Source of the DNA: Amphiscolops sp. MND2022
Lineage: Eukaryota
Length of the DNA: 64,000 nt
Direction: 5' to 3'
Assembly: GCA_964187785.1 (NCBI GenBank)
Contig: OZ076413.1
Location: 48,794,001-48,858,000, forward strand
A program made the translations under genes and the position numbers. This document shows, piece by piece, positions 59,581 through 64,000 of this stretch. The notes beneath the pieces were generated by a model. The model was not told the origin of the DNA. It saw only the letters and a program-made list of their open reading frames with translations, and searched no databases. Every line of letters begins with the position of its first letter. Position 1 is the stretch's first letter.

Positions 59581-62500
59581 GTGGCGAATTGCAAGAATGA
59601 ATGTAAAGATGCATGCCTATCATGCACGCATTGCGGTGCTTGGTATCACGCTGGAAACTGTTCTGGAGTACCAAACAACATCTTAACAACTAATAAAAAC
59701 ATCAGCGGATTGATTCGGCTCTGTGTACGATGTGAAGTTCAGGCGAAAAAGAAAGTTAGATCTGACTGGACTTCGGATTCGGCTGTCGAGTCGAAAGTTG
59801 ACGAAATCAAAAGAAAGATTGCTGCTAATTTGGAATCATTGACGAAGATGTCAGATGCAATCAATGAACAGGTGGAAATTAAACTTGAGTCGATGCGTTC
59901 GTGTTTCTAATGAACTTGGACGAGATACTTGTCAAGCAAAACGAAATCCCGGGTAAATTGAAAGCATCTTGGTCGAAACAACCGAACACCAAACCCAACA
60001 TCCTGAAACTGGTAATGAAAGAAACACTGGAGCAACAGGAGAAAGAAAAACGAGATAAGAAGCAATTTTGGTACTGTTTAGAGTACCTGAAAATAAGAAA
60101 ACAACCTCGGAAGGAAGACAGGAGGATGACTTGGCATTTTTCAGCGAATTCTGTTGTGATGGATTCAAACGTGGTGAAGTCCGTGTTAGAACCACAACTA
60201 GACTGGGAGAACCTGCCGAAAAAGGTAACACCAGCGCGAAGCCTAGACCTCTGAAAAGTTTACTGGAAGACAAGGATGCCAAGGCGAGTATCTTCGGTCA
60301 TTTGAAAAATCTGAAAGGTGCTGACAGTTTCAAAAGCGTTAGTGTTTCGCATGACTACTCCAAAGAAACTCGAGAAATAATGAAAGAAAAGATCAACGCA
60401 GCGAAAGAAAAAGATGGGGAAAACGCGAAAATGTATGTTTATTTCGTAAGAGGACCGCCGTCTCATTTGGAGTTGCAACGGAAGAAAAAAATTAATACAA
60501 CCGGAGCCTGAAGGGGGCAATTAATGACTACGTATACTTCAACGAATGCACTACTCTACCATGTTCGAAGCTTAAATAACCGCGAAAAACGTCAGGAGTT
60601 TCCTGATTTCGTACAAGACACAATTATTACTTGATATCACTGAGACTTGGCTCACGAGGAACATCAAAAACTCGGAACGTTTTCTGACTCTTTATAATAT
60701 CCGTGCTGATAAACCAACTGCAAACAAATCGGAGACTTCGAAACACGGTGGTTGCCTTATAGCTATAGAAAAATCTTTACCTCACCTGGAACTGAACTTA
60801 GATGGATTACCTGAAAGACTTGAGGAGTCGCTACTAATAGCTAAACTGAAACAAGTAGCTCCACTCTACATAGCCAACAATGGAAATTTCATATTAGCTG
60901 GGGATTTAATCTGGTTGACACCGACTGGGATACATATAGCTCTCCTCTGACGATTTTTAAAATTTTGTTTCCAATGTTGTAGACCTTACCCTGAAACAAT
61001 GAGGATTTTAAAACAACCAGGTCTTCTTGTCTGGACCTGGTAATCTGCCGGGAGGACTCAAACATCATCGCGATGAGAGAAATTAGAAGACATGCCACCG
61101 TTTTCAAATCACTTCCCAGTATCATTGGAACTGAGCAGCTGTACTGGATATGAAACCCGCACTTGAAGCATACTATAGTTACTGCAATTGTGATTACGAG
61201 AACACGAATGCGCTGTTGACAATGCACCCATTCGAACCTTATTGCTATAGCAACTTTGATGTGACTTTGGTATCAGTTGCTTCACAAATTGATTGAACCA
61301 AACACTCCTGTTAGAACACGCAAAAGGCAACTGCATCCGCCTTGGATTACATCAAAGACATCCCATTGTCTCAACAAACTCAATACTCTACGAAGGAAGA
61401 CGCTTCGGAGTAAGGTGCAAAAACCTACAGCGCTCAATCGGTTGGAAAGGAGATGCGAAGAAATGCAATCACCAGACCGTGCAGAGTACAAGGACAACCT
61501 CTTTGCATCAAGAGATAAATAGAATAAAATAAATAGAAATAAATATTTCTTCAAAGAAGTGAGAAAGGGTGATGTGACCAACTACAGGCCTGTAAAATTT
61601 CTACCCATTGTCTGCAAAATCTTTAGAAAGCTCATATTGAGGACGTTGACGAAACAAGTAGCAAAGGTCATTAGTAGAGACCAACTCTGTTTTCTATCTA
61701 CAAGATCTGTTGATCCAACTATTGCTCAGTCTGTCGAAAATATACCAAAATATTTATGCAGCTGACGTAACAAACGGACTGGTTCTCCTTGACTTATCGA
61801 AAGCCTTCGACAAAATCAAACATTCGATTCTGTTGGAGAAGTTGCTGAGCTTACACCTTGGTGAAAGATTTTAAAACCTAATTAAAGACTATCTCAGTGA
61901 CAGAACACAAAAGCTGAGGGTGACTGGCGTTGTTCCGGAAAAGCTCAAAATTTCACCCGGTGTCCCTCAGGGATCGGTTGGAGGACCTATTCTGTTTCTA
62001 TTGTATTTCAACGACTTGCTGATTGTAGTATTCTCATCAATGGCACTGCTATTCGCTGATCTGAAATTGATCAGTAAAAACTGACTGGCTTACAAATTGA
62101 TATCAACAATCTTCATTCCTGGAGTGTGCAAAATTGCCTCCTGTTCAACTACAAAAGTGTTCCGTAATACATTCTCTTTGGGAAGAAATAAACAGCAGGT
62201 TTTTTATGTTAGGGGACAATGGAATAAAACATCGGAGTATAGCAAGAGACCTTGGACTTGAAGTTGAGGAACATCTCAGATGGACTGAACCTGTCGAAAC
62301 GCGAATCGGAGAGGCAATGCGAAGTTGGTATCTGATTAAAAGGAACACTAGCCCGATAATTACCTAATATGCGAAAATCCATCTTTACCGCGCTATAATT
62401 TGCCTAATTCTTGTTTGCATCAGAATGCTGAGACCTGAAACGGAGTGATTATCAGATCATTGAATCCTAAAAGGTTCTTCACTGGATTCCGGGCATGCAT

Positions 62501-62935
62501 GATTACAGAGAGGCTTTGATAGCTTCAAAGTTGTTACCTCCCCTCTACTTGAAAGTATTAAAGACCTACTGGTATTCTCGAAATCTGGAAATTTTGATGT
62601 TCATTTCTCGATGTTTTATGAAGTGAACTGGAGTGCCTACAGAATGAGTCAAGCTACCCGAAATTCTCTACGAAGCTCAGAGACACCACTTCTGGTACAG
62701 AACAGGATTCAGAGTGAATATCTTGCTACAAAGAAACCTTCATTTTTTCGGAAACACAGCTCAAGTCGAACTTATTAACTAATGTGGAACATTTTTCGAA
62801 GAAGCTGGAACTCTAGTAATCCATATAGTTGGATCTATTTATGTTAATGTTCAAGGTGTCGTACCAATCCAATGTCATAACCTAGGGAGCAACTCTCCCA
62901 GTGATGCACATATCACGAAGTCCTAATAATAATAG
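59581..62935 (+). mobile_element. Degenerate CR1-like LINE (ORF1, APE, RT, tail)
   Basis: ORF1 as above; ITETWL; NYRPV; DLSKAFDKI; GVPQGSVGGPILF; (TAA)n at ~62923-62934. Confidence 0.85.
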
Positions 62936-63379
62936 TGTCAGTTTGCTTGTTTTGGAAAAGATCTGCGGATATAGCGCATTTTTTCGGACTTCTGCCTCCT
63001 ACTTGATAAAACTCATTATACTTCAAGTATAACGTCAAAATTCGAATAAAGCGCAATATTTTGGAACCTCCACTTCTCTAGCGAAACACATCTTGTTCGG
63101 ATATAACGTCAAGAATTTGAATATGGCGTGTTTACCTCTTGACCAGAAGGGTGTTACTGTTTTTCAGTTAATCATTGAATCTGTCACTTCGCGTCTCTTG
63201 AAAAAGCCACTGCTATAATTGGCTTTTACTTCGTAAGCGCCTACTGAAAATGGATTCGGATGTGTCAATATTTTTCTTGTTAACTTTTCAACATGTTTCT
63301 GAAGTAAAGCAGCCGGTTGTTTTTATTCTGAGCCACCATTTCCCTAATACGTCCCCTTGAGTATCTTTGTCTTGTTTAG

Positions 63380-63630
63380 ATAAATCTGGTCATTTGAATC
63401 TGTTCGCCGATCGTGATTTCGATTTTTCTAAGCGGAACAAAGCTGAGCACAAAGAAGCAGAGACCAAAGAGGAAACAGAGAAATGGGCTCGGAAAGTTGG
63501 CATCATTGTTGGTCTCAATGACAAAATGGAGGAAAAAGACAATCATTGGGTTTTTGGAAGGAAATCTTCCAACGCACATTGTTCGGAAGTAAACGTTACC
63601 AGTCAAAACACTAGTGGGATTGACCAGTTA
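63380..63630 (+). CDS. LENG1: LENG1-like protein, next coding exon (3' boundary uncertain)
   Basis: Pyrimidine tract plus AG at 63378-63379; phase 1 matches the exon-1 donor (G+AT = Asp). HLNLFAD...NKAEHKEAETKEETEKWARKVGI resembles the LENG1 second conserved block. Confidence 0.7.
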
Positions 63631-64000
63631 ACTCGTGAGAAGGTTGGAACAATATATTTCTATGTATTCGGTAATCGTCATCTGCATGTTTTTTCTGTCG
63701 ACTGAAATTATTCTTTTCCGCCCATATTTCATCTATGAGAATGGAAGATCAAGACTTCACCCATTGTTTTTCCTAGTTTTGCCTACGTTTTTTGATCGTT
63801 CCATACAATTTTGGCATAATTTTCCAATGTTTTGTGGGCATGAATATTCACGTGGTTCAATGGCAAAAATAGCTCTTAAACATGCTATTTAAAAAGAATT
63901 GTGTTTTCCGACGGAGGAATTTTTTCCGAATGAGTATTAGATATCATCCATTTTCCCCACAGCGTACAAATTACCAAAGTTTCTTGCATTTGTAAAATCG

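Larger units (their letters stand above)
52527..60550. repeat. Tandem duplication, unit ~4012 bp (gag, 5' LTR, flank, LINE ORF1)
   Basis: 52527-56538 recurs at 56539-60550, producing a third LTR at 57815-58192 with the same CAGAG flank. Confidence 0.9.

Noticed and set aside
63635-63892. 85-aa hydrophobic ORF at the window end
   Set aside because: AT-rich, likely intronic; no recognisable motif.

Overview
Eukaryotic, AT-rich animal genomic DNA made almost entirely of nested transposable elements, with a 200-N assembly gap at 9434-9633. The only host gene I can support is a LENG1-like gene: exon 1 at 43563-43746 splices in phase to an exon starting at 63380, across a ~19.6-kb intron filled with TEs. 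Elements resolved: three Gypsy LTR retroelements, CRE-clade and CR1/L2-like and I/Jockey-like non-LTR retrotransposons, a hAT element, and several GG-ended MITEs. Many are delimited by target-site duplications (TSDs) read directly from the sequence. The most striking object is a TSD-bounded Gypsy element (26929-41603, interrupted by a nested LINE). Besides gag and pol it carries an env-like glycoprotein resembling chuvirus/herpes-gB-type fusion proteins, an intact coiled-coil ORF, a tRNA-like Pol III unit and an HPD-containing J-domain ORF. A second Gypsy (3791-8234) ends its integrase in an ING-type PHD finger and sits inside a composite MITE-ended unit with an 8-bp TSD. Several near-identical tandem and inverted duplications are present; some may be assembly artefacts. 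All protein family calls are motif recognition by eye, not database results.
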